Positions 48,642-57,555 of a DNA stretch of 64,000 bases are shown here, one piece after another (position 1 is the stretch's first letter; the number at the start of each line of letters is the position of its first letter). The DNA comes from an uncultured Gammaproteobacteria bacterium (GTDB lineage: Bacteria > Patescibacteriota > Microgenomatia > Levybacterales > UBA12049): contig CAYOZJ010000001.1 in NCBI GenBank assembly GCA_964408485.1, forward strand, positions 92,366 to 156,365, in the 5' to 3' direction. The position numbers were made by a program, and so were the translations under genes. The notes under the pieces were generated by a model. That model did not search any database, had not been told where the DNA came from, and saw only the letters and a program-made list of their open reading frames with translations.

Positions 48642-49484
48642 TTATTTCCTTATTCGCACATCCTGAACATTCCCCGTAAAAGTCTCTTTTCTTTGCACTT
48701 CTAATCGTTTTCTCTCTCCTCTTCCTCGTAATCGATCCAACGCATTTTGTATGCCAAAATTCTTAATTCCTCGAAACGCTGCAAGAAAATGATGTGATGA
48801 TATACTTTCTTCCATATACGCGCGAGATGCTGCGCTTTTTCTATCTTTTCCGCCAACACCTGAAGACATAACTTGATTGTATCCTTCTCGAAGCTGAGAA
48901 AACTGGGGTTTTTCTTCCTGTGTAATTGGTTGTTGATCTCTCGGCACTTGTTGTAACATTCTTTGTGATTGAAAACGCTCCATTTTTGCAAGTCCTTCTG
49001 CCGAACTTCCTTCTTCAGAAAGCGTAATTGCCTGATTGAATGCGGTAATAGCATCTGCTAAAAAAATCGGATTACCGGTAAGAGAAAATATCGCTATATT
49101 CAGCTTTCCTTCATCGCGTTTCATTTCTGGGGGCAAGTGGTAGGGATCTTCTCTGTCAAGCGTTTGCAGCTGACTATCGTAACGTATTCTTTCCTGAAAA
49201 GGATCATATTTGTTACGGATTACCTCAGCGGCTCTCGCAAAGTTTTCTGCAGCTTTATTACCATTCTCTTGCCTATTTCCTTGACTTGTCTCACTAACTG
49301 TCTCATCTCTCCATAATTTTGCTTTATCTCGCAGTATTGTCGGGTCTTCTGCTGCAATGGAACTTATTGCACCATGCTCCTTGGCTAGACGAATTGCCTC
49401 TGAATAATCTCCTGTTTTATTTCCCTCAAGTCGCGCCTCTTCTGCCTTTTGCAACTCTTCTGATATATCAGATTGTTCGTTCAT
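48642..49484 (-). CDS. Hypothetical protein, 280 aa
   Basis: ORF only. Confidence 0.4.
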   Translation of the reverse strand: MNEQSDISEELQKAEEARLEGNKTGDYSEAIRLAKEHGAISSIAAEDPTILRDKAKLWRDETVSETSQGNRQENGNKAAENFARAAEVIRNKYDPFQERIRYDSQLQTLDREDPYHLPPEMKRDEGKLNIAIFSLTGNPIFLADAITAFNQAITLSEEGSSAEGLAKMERFQSQRMLQQVPRDQQPITQEEKPQFSQLREGYNQVMSSGVGGKDRKSAASRAYMEESISSHHFLAAFRGIKNFGIQNALDRLRGRGERKRLEVQRKETFTGNVQDVRIRK

Positions 49485-49561
49485 AGCTATAATTTAATAC
49501 AATATATGAAAACAATCAAATTCTCTTGTCCATCTCTTAAAAATTCTTTATACTATTCTTC

Positions 49562-49849
49562 ATGACCAAATCACAGCAATATTTTCAAGATATGGTGGAA
49601 AATCATAAAGATCTTTTTGATGCATTTAAAGTGGTTCATGACCAATATGTGCTAGACGCTAAAAAATACCAACAGCAATTAAACGAACTCGGAGAAGACG
49701 TATTAAAAATTATTCGTCGTTATGAAAATATGCTCTGCTCAGAGTCAGAGGGTGGAAAATTTGGTAAATTTAGCAGTAAAACAGCAGATAAATTCTGGGA
49801 ATATGTGCGTGGATTTCTTCCAAAAATTGATTCAGTAGGTCTTAAGTAA
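49562..49849 (+). CDS. Hypothetical protein, 95 aa
   Basis: ORF only. Confidence 0.3.
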   Translation: MTKSQQYFQDMVENHKDLFDAFKVVHDQYVLDAKKYQQQLNELGEDVLKIIRRYENMLCSESEGGKFGKFSSKTADKFWEYVRGFLPKIDSVGLK

Positions 49850-50155
49850 ATATATTGTTCGAATGCAGTGAGAACTAAAACTTCTCGCTTTGCTCGAAGA
49901 ATAAATATTTTACTTTTGTACAGATTGGCTTTTCTCCAACTGAACCGGAGTCGGGGTTGGAGTAATTGAAGATAAAACAGTCAGATATTTTTGATTAAAA
50001 AGCATACCTGCATAAAACGCAACTCCTAAGAAAGCCAAAACAAGAAGAAGGGCTAGCATTTTAGAAAACGCAGTAACTTTGGTAAGTGATTTAGGAAGTT
50101 TGACCATACATCTACTTTCCTACAAAAACCAGAAAAAATCAAGTCGATTTCGTGC

Positions 50156-50184
50156 TTGACAGATAATAAAGGGCTCTCTATAAT
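50156..50184 (+). promoter_or_regulatory. Sigma70 promoter TTGACA-17-TATAAT, 7 nt upstream of the ATG at 50192
   Basis: Perfect consensus hexamers. The ORF-track TTG start is actually the -35 box. Confidence 0.6.
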
Positions 50185-50191
50185 TTTGGCC

Positions 50192-50485
50192 ATGAGACAC
50201 ACTTTAGAAGTAAGCGAGCCAGGAGGAGCAAGAATCTGGACAAATGAAGGCACACCAATCACTTATGGTGCAGAAACTCGCGACGGAGTGGTCGGAGACG
50301 AAGTCCCCCTAAGAACCGTTGGAGTTGCTTCTGCAAGAATCCATGGAAGCTTAGAGTATAAAAGGATTGCTCGGCCACATTTTGGTGAAGAACCTACAAG
50401 AACACGAAATAGAGCTGGTCATTATGTTACTCAAACGCTGGCAGATGCAATCGTTGCAGCTCATAATACAAGAAAAAACTCATAA
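50192..50485 (+). CDS. Small basic hypothetical protein, paralogue A
   Basis: MRHTLEVSEPGG...TYGAETRDGVV...VGVASARIHGSL, homologous to the downstream gene. Confidence 0.4.
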   Translation: MRHTLEVSEPGGARIWTNEGTPITYGAETRDGVVGDEVPLRTVGVASARIHGSLEYKRIARPHFGEEPTRTRNRAGHYVTQTLADAIVAAHNTRKNS

Positions 50486-50515
50486 CACTTCTAAAAAAAT
50501 CATCCAATTTCGTGC

Positions 50516-50545
50516 TTGACAAGTAATATAGGTCTAATTTATAAT
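50516..50545 (+). promoter_or_regulatory. Duplicated sigma70 promoter TTGACA-18-TATAAT, 6 nt upstream of the ATG at 50552
   Basis: The upstream context ATTTCGTGCTTGACA is shared with the promoter at 50156. Confidence 0.6.
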
Positions 50546-50551
50546 TTGACT

Positions 50552-50788
50552 ATGGCTGACAGAATTCGCTCAAATTCAGGTTCAGAAATTATAAGAGACA
50601 CTGATTCTTACACGTATGGTGCAGTCTCAGAAAGGGTAGTTATTTTTGGTTTTTCACAAAGGGATGTAGCAAGTGCTCGTGCGAGAGTTAGAAAAGAGCT
50701 AGATGAAGATAAGGCTATTGATGAGCAGGCACAAATTCTCGCTAGACGCGGGTTACGTATGATGGAAGAAAGAAATCAATGGAATTAG
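50552..50788 (+). CDS. Small basic hypothetical protein, paralogue B
   Basis: MADRIRSNSGSE...TYGAVSERVVI...DVASARARVRKEL aligns with paralogue A. Confidence 0.4.
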   Translation: MADRIRSNSGSEIIRDTDSYTYGAVSERVVIFGFSQRDVASARARVRKELDEDKAIDEQAQILARRGLRMMEERNQWN

Positions 50789-50790
50789 TT

Positions 50791-51126
50791 TCATAACCCC
50801 AAATTTGAATAGCTATTCATCTGATTTTGTACTCCCTGCAAAAATGCTCCCATTGTCCACAATGTTAGGATAACTGCCAGAATAGTCAAAACTAAAGCTA
50901 TCCATCCAATTCTTTTTGCTTTTGAATCACTGGATCTAAGATATTTCCATGTCCAGATAAGTCCAAGTGGCGGAAGAAAAAAACTAACAAAGTAAATCCA
51001 GACCTGCTTCCCTGTCCCAATAGTTGGCGTGTGATTTGTCAATTTTGCACCACAATGACTACAAAATGTATCATCAGGAGCAGTTATGCTTCCGCAATTT
51101 GGACAGATAAATTGAGAATTATCCAT
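50791..51126 (-). CDS. Zinc-ribbon domain membrane protein
   Basis: CPNCG...CSHCG zinc ribbon followed by two TM helices. Confidence 0.5.
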   Translation of the reverse strand: MDNSQFICPNCGSITAPDDTFCSHCGAKLTNHTPTIGTGKQVWIYFVSFFLPPLGLIWTWKYLRSSDSKAKRIGWIALVLTILAVILTLWTMGAFLQGVQNQMNSYSNLGL

Positions 51127-51244
51127 AATGTATTCTCCCTGAGCGATTCATTCTTCTTCGAGTGAGTCCGAAGGATGAATCGAGAAGTTTTGTTCTAAAC
51201 TTATTTAAAGTTCTCGACTCATTTTATTCGCTCGAACAAGAATA

Positions 51245-52645
51245 TTATTTTTTATTTACCCTCGGACCATCTTTACCGTCCATAACATCAAAGCCTAAGT
51301 CGCTTATTTTCTTTCTCAGCTCGTCAGATGCCTTATAATCCCCTGCTTTTCGAAAAGTCTCTCTTTCTTTGAGTAAGTCCTCAACATTCTTTGGTATCTT
51401 TACGCTTTCCGCTTTACGCTTTCCGCTTGCGAGGCCTAAGCCTAAAATGCGATCCATTTCCAAAAGCGTTGCCTTTTTTTCGCCAGGATTAATAATGCGC
51501 TTTGTCATATCCCACACAATACTCAATGCTTTTGCTGTATTTAAGTCGTCGTTAAGAGCTTCCATAAATTGCTCTATCCAAAAAAGATTTGGTGAAGCAG
51601 TAGGATCATTGGTAATATGAGATCGTAATTTCTTAAGACTACTTGCTGCAGCGTCCAAACTTTCCCAGGTAAAATTCATTTCTTGTCTATAATGCGTTTG
51701 TAAATATAAATAACGAAGGCTGAGTGGGTCATACCCTTTTGCAACAACATCCTCCACTGTATAAAAATTACCCAATGACTTACTCATTTTCTGACCTCCA
51801 ACAACCAGAAAATTATGGTGCACCCAGTAATTAACAAATTTCTTGCCCGTTGCAGCCTCAGATTGCGCTATTTCATTTGAATGATGAATTGCAATATGAT
51901 CGATTCCACCTGTGTGAATATCGAGCGTTGGCCCAAGCGCTTTCATGGACATTGCACTACATTCTATATGCCACCCTGGGAAACCCACTCCCCACGGACT
52001 ATCCCATTCCATTTGACGCTTTCCTTGCCCTGAGCCTGCCGAAGGGTCATCTTTGGGAGAAAACTTCCAAAGAGCAAAATCACTAGCATTTTTTTTGCCT
52101 TCAATAAAATCTACTCGTGCTCCTTTTTGCAATTCATCTGGATTTTGCCTGGACAATGCAAAGTAATTTTTAAATTTTGATGTATCAAAATAAATTCCAT
52201 CAGACAAACGGTATGTATATCCTTTCTCTTCTAATTCCTGCACTAATTTAATTTGTTCTTTAATATAATCTGTTGCATGCATGAGATCTTTAGGTAAATC
52301 TATATTAAGCAACTTGCATGAATCTTTAAACTGCTCTTCAAACATTTTTGCAACATCCCACACAGACTTACCAAATTTCTTCGCACCTTTTTCCATTTTA
52401 TCCTCCCCTGTGTCACTATCACTTACTAAGTGACCAACATCGGTAATATTCATTACATGGTGTACTGAATACCCATTTGCTTCCAAAACCCGAATAAGGA
52501 TATCGTCCCAAACGTAACGCCTCATATGCCCAATATGCTGATAGTCATAGACTGTTGGCCCGCAAGAATACATAGCCACTTGTAGTGGCTTTAGTGACTT
52601 AAATTCCTCAACGCTTCTTGTTAATGTGTTATAAATTCGTAACAT
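51245..52645 (-). CDS. cysS: Cysteine--tRNA ligase
   Basis: HIGH (HIGHMRRYV) and KMSKS motifs, and Zn-binding Cys residues. Class I aaRS. Confidence 0.95.
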   Translation of the reverse strand: MLRIYNTLTRSVEEFKSLKPLQVAMYSCGPTVYDYQHIGHMRRYVWDDILIRVLEANGYSVHHVMNITDVGHLVSDSDTGEDKMEKGAKKFGKSVWDVAKMFEEQFKDSCKLLNIDLPKDLMHATDYIKEQIKLVQELEEKGYTYRLSDGIYFDTSKFKNYFALSRQNPDELQKGARVDFIEGKKNASDFALWKFSPKDDPSAGSGQGKRQMEWDSPWGVGFPGWHIECSAMSMKALGPTLDIHTGGIDHIAIHHSNEIAQSEAATGKKFVNYWVHHNFLVVGGQKMSKSLGNFYTVEDVVAKGYDPLSLRYLYLQTHYRQEMNFTWESLDAAASSLKKLRSHITNDPTASPNLFWIEQFMEALNDDLNTAKALSIVWDMTKRIINPGEKKATLLEMDRILGLGLASGKRKAESVKIPKNVEDLLKERETFRKAGDYKASDELRKKISDLGFDVMDGKDGPRVNKK

Positions 52646-52728
52646 AGTTTTTTTGAATTATGAATAATGAATTATGCAGTATGCTTTCTTAGGTGCTTTA
52701 TTCATATTGCATATTGCCTATCGCAATA

Positions 52729-53316
52729 TTACCCTATTCCTCCTCCTTTATTTTCTGTTGCGCGCTGTGCTTTTAGCAAATTATCATCTTGTTGTTTTTT
52801 CTCTTCTTTTTTCTGCATATCTTGGAATTTTTCCTCCTGCTTATCTTGCTCTTTTTCGTTATTTTCAACGACAGTCTTTCTGTCTCGTCCTTCTGCTTTT
52901 GCTAAAAAGTCCTGATAATACTCTTGGTGAAGACTCCTAAGTTCTTGCTCGATTTTCTGAATCTTTTCTATATCCTCTGGCGACTTACTCCCAGGATCTG
53001 CAACCAATTGTTGACCTGCTTTTGTAAGCATTTGCGGAGCTTGACCTTGTCCTTGTTGCTTTTGCTTACCACCAGCTGCATCCGGACTAAATAAGTCTCC
53101 TCCTTGTAGCGTATTTGCCCCGATTGAATCGGGGTTAAATGATCCATTTTGGGGCTGCTGCTTAGGAGGAGTAAAACTACCACTTATCCCGCCGCTTCCT
53201 TTTACTTGACCTGCTACAGATTTAGTAAAGTCAGCAATTGTCCCACCAATTGCCTGTTTTGTATTTGCTGTTAAATCCTCTAATGCTTCACCAAATCCAT
53301 TTGATCCATCTGACAT
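52729..53316 (-). CDS. Gln/Lys/Glu-rich low-complexity hypothetical protein. Contains a palindrome variant.
   Basis: Encodes NPDSIGAN from CCCCGATTCAATCGGGG (53118-53134). Confidence 0.35.
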   Translation of the reverse strand: MSDGSNGFGEALEDLTANTKQAIGGTIADFTKSVAGQVKGSGGISGSFTPPKQQPQNGSFNPDSIGANTLQGGDLFSPDAAGGKQKQQGQGQAPQMLTKAGQQLVADPGSKSPEDIEKIQKIEQELRSLHQEYYQDFLAKAEGRDRKTVVENNEKEQDKQEEKFQDMQKKEEKKQQDDNLLKAQRATENKGGGIG

Positions 53317-53374
53317 ATTGAGTCTAGTTTAACACAGAATGAGACCAATATCATTGTCGTTTGTAAAATCGATG

Positions 53375-53500
53375 AAAAATTTCTAATTTCTAATTACCTA
53401 ATTAACCTAAAGAAATCCCAAATTCCAATTTCTAACATTTTGTCATTGGTGCTTTTTTAGAAATTAGGGTAATTAGGTAAATTAGGTTAATTTTCTTTAA
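53375..53500. repeat. Intergenic ~120-bp element with TAATTAGGT-rich inverted-repeat arms
   Basis: Arms CTAATTACCTAATTAACCTAA / TTAGGGTAATTAGGTAAATTAGGTTAATT. Its core is homologous, in inverted orientation, to the element at 57437-57555. Confidence 0.65.
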
Positions 53501-54308
53501 TGTAAGGCACATGATGTTTAAAGTTATTTTTATCAACAAATCCTAAGACTTTTTTAACGATCTTTTCATCAATTCCTGATGCAACAATTTCTCCATTCGT
53601 CATCCCTTCATCAAACGCACGGTACAAAATTTTGTCTGCTTCTGCATAAGAAAATCCAAATTCATTTTCATCTGCTTGCGAATCCCAGAGCCCTGCAGAA
53701 GGAGCTTTTTCTACAATTTCTTTCGGCACACCTAAATATTTTGCCATTTCCCATACCTGCGTCTTATACAACCCTCGTATTGGCTCAATATCTGATGCCT
53801 CATCTCCAAAACGTGTAAAGTACCCTAAATAGTGCTCACTCTTATTTTCTGTCCCAACTACGAGTGCTTCCAGCTGCTTTGCCAAATCAAATAGATAAAT
53901 CATGCGGACACGTGCCATCATATTGCCTTTGCGCACAGCAAATATGTCATTGCGAGGAGCTTGCGACGCGGCAATCTCTTCATTTGTATTAGATTGCTTC
54001 GTTTCACTCGCAATGACGTCAACTGCACTTTTAATATCCCTCACAAAAATATGATCTTCTTTAAGACCAGCAGCCTCCACTACCATTTGTCCATGCTGGG
54101 AAGACTTTTGACTCATTTCCCCATAGGGCAAAAGTACGGCATAGACATTTTCTTTTCCTAATGCCTTTACTGCCAAGAAAAGTGATGTTGCACTATCCAC
54201 TCCACCTGACACAGCAAGAATAACACGGGAAAAACCCGCAGTTACTACTGTTTGACGAATCCAGGCAATAATCTCCTCTGATTTATTTTTGTAATCAAGA
54301 TCGTTCAT
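53487..54308 (-). CDS. nadE: NH3-dependent NAD+ synthetase, carrying an in-frame repeat insert
   Basis: PP-loop SGGVDSA and the conserved NadE core. 24-aa insert VIASETKQSNTNEEIAASQAPRND. Confidence 0.9.
   Translation of the reverse strand: MNDLDYKNKSEEIIAWIRQTVVTAGFSRVILAVSGGVDSATSLFLAVKALGKENVYAVLLPYGEMSQKSSQHGQMVVEAAGLKEDHIFVRDIKSAVDVIASETKQSNTNEEIAASQAPRNDIFAVRKGNMMARVRMIYLFDLAKQLEALVVGTENKSEHYLGYFTRFGDEASDIEPIRGLYKTQVWEMAKYLGVPKEIVEKAPSAGLWDSQADENEFGFSYAEADKILYRAFDEGMTNGEIVASGIDEKIVKKVLGFVDKNNFKHHVPYIKEN
53946..54017. repeat. 72-bp palindromic element in-frame within nadE
   Basis: TIR GTCATTGCGAG/CTCGCAATGAC. Internal sequence is identical to the copy in nadD and ~90% identical to the copy in dnaX. 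Confidence 0.85.
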
Positions 54309-54358
54309 TGTTAAATGATTAAATTCTTAAATTATTAGCAATATAGCAATTTAGCAAT

Positions 54359-54994
54359 TTAAGAATATAGCTTGTGCTCTATTATATACTTTTCTACACT
54401 TTCAGGCACAAGTCCTGTGATTGATTGACGATCTTTGATTAGATCCCGAATCCGTGTTGCACTATCTTCGAGTGGCACATAATTTGGATCTGTAATAACC
54501 GTTGCATTGCTGGGTGCATTTTCTACAGAAGAGCCTTTGCGAGCAACGACAAGAAAATGTACTTCTTTAAGAAGCTCTTCCCAGTGTGTCCACTTGTGAA
54601 ATACATTCATATTGTCTGACCCCACAACAAAAACAAACTCATGCTCTGGGTATTTCTGACGTAATCTTCGAACAACGGCTATTGTTTCTGTCGCTCCTCC
54701 TATTTCTACTGGTGTCATATCCACCTTCAAAGTGTCATTGCGAGGAGCTTGCGACGCGGCAATCTCTTCATTTGTATTAGATTGCTTCGCTTTGCTCGCA
54801 ATGACGGAAGAAATTGCCAACTCAGCCATTGCTTTTCTGTCTTTTGCAGATGCAACAATTGGCCGCCATTGATGCTGATTCTCTACGCTAAGCCATACCT
54901 CATCTGCCAAACCAATTTTAAGAACCTCTTTTGCAACAGCCAAGTGACCATTATGGATAGGGTCAAATCGTCCACCAAAAATCGCGACCTTCAT
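54359..54994 (-). CDS. nadD: Nicotinate-nucleotide adenylyltransferase, carrying an in-frame repeat insert
   Basis: MKVAIFGGRFDPIHNGH (the HxGH nucleotidyltransferase motif). Insert IASKAKQSNTNEEIAASQAPRND. Start trimmed to MKVAIF. Confidence 0.85.
   Translation of the reverse strand: MKVAIFGGRFDPIHNGHLAVAKEVLKIGLADEVWLSVENQHQWRPIVASAKDRKAMAELAISSVIASKAKQSNTNEEIAASQAPRNDTLKVDMTPVEIGGATETIAVVRRLRQKYPEHEFVFVVGSDNMNVFHKWTHWEELLKEVHFLVVARKGSSVENAPSNATVITDPNYVPLEDSATRIRDLIKDRQSITGLVPESVEKYIIEHKLYS
54734..54805. repeat. 72-bp palindromic element in-frame within nadD
   Basis: Same TIRs and core as 53946-54017. Confidence 0.85.
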
Positions 54995-55182
54995 GAGGAG
55001 TATTTTAGTATTATTGTTCGAGCTTGTCGAGAACTTATTAGGAGAAAAACCGATATCGAATGATACTTGGCCACATCCACCGTATGTTCGCACTTAGCTT
55101 TTCAATACTATTCGTATACGCCTCGTGCCAACATTATTGGTGGATTATGTACTATTTATACTTTAGCTATGGAACATAAAAA

Positions 55183-55207
55183 AACTCCCTTTCAGGAGTT
55201 CTTTAAT
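55183..55207 (-). terminator. Rho-independent terminator on the minus strand
   Basis: Minus-strand hairpin AACTCC-TGAAAG-GGAGTT followed by TTTTTTT, downstream of the 55221..56168 gene. Confidence 0.55.
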
Positions 55208-55220
55208 CCAATCTTAAATC

Positions 55221-56168
55221 TTATCTAATAAATCCAGGTGAAGTTGGTTTTCTTCTTGATCTTCCTACACCATTTCCACCATTATCTGCTACAGGTTCAT
55301 CTGTACCAACCATATGATCATACAGACCCAAAACTCTTACAGTCTGCTCTACAATATTTGCCTCTCGAGGCTGTGTATTTCTTCCATTAGATACCCTTGG
55401 ATCTCGAGGAGTTAAAGGTTGAGATGCATCTCGTTGTGCTGGCTGTCTATCCCCATTTCTTGCTGCTCTTACAACCTCTTCCACTGTCTGCCTACTAGGT
55501 GCACCTGTAAACTGTTCTACTGCCGATCCCTTCACTCTTTCATGGGTATTTACTATTTGATGGGCAAGGGCTGCTGTTGCTTTATTCGCAAGATATGTTT
55601 TTGCAAATCTCCATGGATGTACCTTACCCTTTGCATCAACTGCAGCATCTGCTGCTGCTCGCAAGCTGGATTCTGCTTCAATTTGCGCACGCTCTGCATC
55701 AGACAAGGCTGCTTGTTCTGCGTGCATTCGTTGTCCAGCAACGTCTGCAACAGCTCTTGGATGAATACCATGTCGGAAAATAGCTCCCTGTGTGGCGTCA
55801 CTGTGTGCACCAAGTGTTTTAGCCCATCCCTCCACTTGTTCTGCTCGCTCTGCAACTTCTCCTGCTACATCAAATAGCATTTCTTCTACCCCTTCTACTC
55901 CTCTATCACGAACTGTTCTTACTAATCCACCAACTAATGCTCCAAAGAAATTCTCTCTTTGTGGAACATATGACTCTGGTGCTTGTACAGGTTCTACTGC
56001 TCGTTGCTGTGGTTGTGGCTGTCTTGGTGCTCTTCCACCTCTTACTGAAGGCATATCACTTGCTTCAACACCAGGATATACTGGATCTTGTTGTCTTTCT
56101 GGTCTTGCAAGTGGAACTCGTGGTGCTCCCTTTGCTCTACTTCTATCTCTTTGTTCTGCTTTTCCCAT
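55221..56168 (-). CDS. Ala/Arg/Glu/Gln-rich hypothetical protein, 315 aa, compositionally atypical for this genome
   Basis: Long ORF driven by a perfect consensus promoter; the antisense plus-strand ORFs are Cys-rich junk. Confidence 0.5.
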   Translation of the reverse strand: MGKAEQRDRSRAKGAPRVPLARPERQQDPVYPGVEASDMPSVRGGRAPRQPQPQQRAVEPVQAPESYVPQRENFFGALVGGLVRTVRDRGVEGVEEMLFDVAGEVAERAEQVEGWAKTLGAHSDATQGAIFRHGIHPRAVADVAGQRMHAEQAALSDAERAQIEAESSLRAAADAAVDAKGKVHPWRFAKTYLANKATAALAHQIVNTHERVKGSAVEQFTGAPSRQTVEEVVRAARNGDRQPAQRDASQPLTPRDPRVSNGRNTQPREANIVEQTVRVLGLYDHMVGTDEPVADNGGNGVGRSRRKPTSPGFIR

Positions 56169-56180
56169 ATTATTGTTGTC

Positions 56181-56209
56181 ATTATAAATATACTATATTA
56201 AGTTGTCAA
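56181..56209 (-). promoter_or_regulatory. Perfect sigma70 promoter TTGACA-17-TATAAT on the minus strand, 12 nt upstream of the ATG at 56168
   Basis: -35 is the reverse complement of 56204-56209; -10 is the reverse complement of 56181-56186. Confidence 0.6.
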
Positions 56210-56350
56210 TAGGGTATTTTTATCTTCTTTATATTTGATATTGTAAGAGAATGATATATTTATGCAGTCTATACACTCTTTTATTAAAAATCACTATTTA
56301 GCCCTATAACCTTCAGTTATGAGATAATTTCTAAATTCCACTTTCCCCTC

Positions 56351-56379
56351 TTGACAAGACCGTACTACTGCTATTATTA
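56351..56379 (+). promoter_or_regulatory. Sigma70 promoter TTGACA-17-TTATTA, ~9 nt upstream of the ATG at 56389. Divergent partner of the minus-strand promoter.
   Basis: Consensus -35 with an AT-rich -10. Confidence 0.5.
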
Positions 56380-56388
56380 TGCGGGTAT

Positions 56389-56805
56389 ATGTCAATCGCA
56401 GTAAAACCAGGTACATCGGCTCGAATAAGAAGAGGGAGAGGAATCACTATTCCTACTGATATTAGTATTTCAGTTGAAGGTATTAAAACAACTGCGGTAG
56501 AACCATCTACTCAGACTGCTTCAGAACCTCGAAAAGGAAGAGCTGCAAAGCGCCTTGATTTAGCTTCTTTGGATCCGCAGATCTCAGTGGGACTTGTTGG
56601 TCATAGAGAAACATATCCAGCAGGTGTATTAAATCGTAGAAAAGCTACTGATAGTCCTGTGGCAAGGGAACCTCGCCAAAACGAAGAACCTCGTGTAGAC
56701 AAGGTAGTAACACCAAAAAGAAAACATGGAACACCAGGTACAGATTTGGGTGATGTAAAACTTCCTGATTGGGTTTTGAGAGAAGCTCATTTGCCACGTT
56801 CTTAA
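56389..56805 (+). CDS. Small basic disordered hypothetical protein, 138 aa
   Basis: Arg/Lys/Pro/Thr-rich ORF with its own promoter. Confidence 0.4.
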   Translation: MSIAVKPGTSARIRRGRGITIPTDISISVEGIKTTAVEPSTQTASEPRKGRAAKRLDLASLDPQISVGLVGHRETYPAGVLNRRKATDSPVAREPRQNEEPRVDKVVTPKRKHGTPGTDLGDVKLPDWVLREAHLPRS

Positions 56806-56831
56806 TTCATTTTCAGAATCATTGACTATAC

Positions 56832-57437
56832 TTATACTTCGCTTCTTCCTTCCATTGCACGTTGTAATGTAACTTCATCTGCGTACTCTAAATCTGCACC
56901 TACTGGCAAACCTCGACCTATACGAGTAATTCGCAGTTCGTGGTTCATAGTTCGTAGTTGTTTGGAGATATACATTGCCGTTGCTTCCCCTTCCATCGTT
57001 GGATTGGTTGCTAAGATAACTTCCTTGACCTCGTCATTATCCTTAAGCCTTTCAAAAAGCTTTCCTACATATATCTCATCTGGACCTAAATTATTTAATG
57101 GATCAATTCTGCCATGAAGCACGTGATAGATTCCCCTGTATTTGCCTGATTTTTCTAACGCCAAGACATCTAATGGCTGCTCAACAACGCAAATAGTACT
57201 GTGATCCCGTTGATTATCACTACAAATTGAGCAAGGGTCTGTCTCGTCAATGGACATACAGATAGAGCAAAGCTTGGTACCCGTTTTAAGACCCGTTAGC
57301 GCATTGGCAAAATTATCGAGCTCGGGTTGGGGTACATGAAGCAGATAAAACGTAAGACGCTGAGCTGATTTTGGCCCTACACCGGGTAATTTTTCAAAAG
57401 ACTCAATAAGAGACTGAACAGCTTTGGGTATACGCAT
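56832..57437 (-). CDS. recR: Recombination protein RecR
   Basis: HhH (LPGVGPKSAQRL), C4 zinc finger (C..C...C..C) and Toprim domain. Confidence 0.92.
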   Translation of the reverse strand: MRIPKAVQSLIESFEKLPGVGPKSAQRLTFYLLHVPQPELDNFANALTGLKTGTKLCSICMSIDETDPCSICSDNQRDHSTICVVEQPLDVLALEKSGKYRGIYHVLHGRIDPLNNLGPDEIYVGKLFERLKDNDEVKEVILATNPTMEGEATAMYISKQLRTMNHELRITRIGRGLPVGADLEYADEVTLQRAMEGRSEV

Positions 57438-57555
57438 AATGAATTGACCTAATTACTCTAATTGATCTAATTAACCTAATCAAGCACCAATTTAAAAATT
57501 TTGTCATTAGGATTTCTTTAGAATAATTAGAAATTAGGTGAATTAGGTTAATTGT
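57437..57555. repeat. Intergenic ~120-bp element with TAATTAGGT-rich inverted-repeat arms (second full copy)
   Basis: Arms CCTAATTACTCTAATTGATCTAATTAACCTAAT / ATTAGAAATTAGGTGAATTAGGTTAATTG. Core GCACCAAT...TTTTGTCATT..GGATTTCTTTAG is shared with the 53375-53500 copy. Confidence 0.65.

Noticed and set aside
50156-50552. ORF-track TTG starts at 50156 and 50516 for the tandem small genes
   Set aside because: Those TTGs are the first bases of perfect TTGACA -35 hexamers. The in-frame ATGs at 50192 and 50552 lie 6-7 nt downstream of the TATAAT -10 boxes, so the ATGs are taken as the starts.
55419-56212. Cys-rich plus-strand ORFs (55419..55877, 55792..56187, 55937..56212) opposite the 315-aa minus-strand ORF
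   Set aside because: They are antisense translations of a GC-richer Ala/Arg-coding region. The minus-strand ORF has a perfect promoter and a terminator, so the plus-strand ORFs are treated as artefacts.
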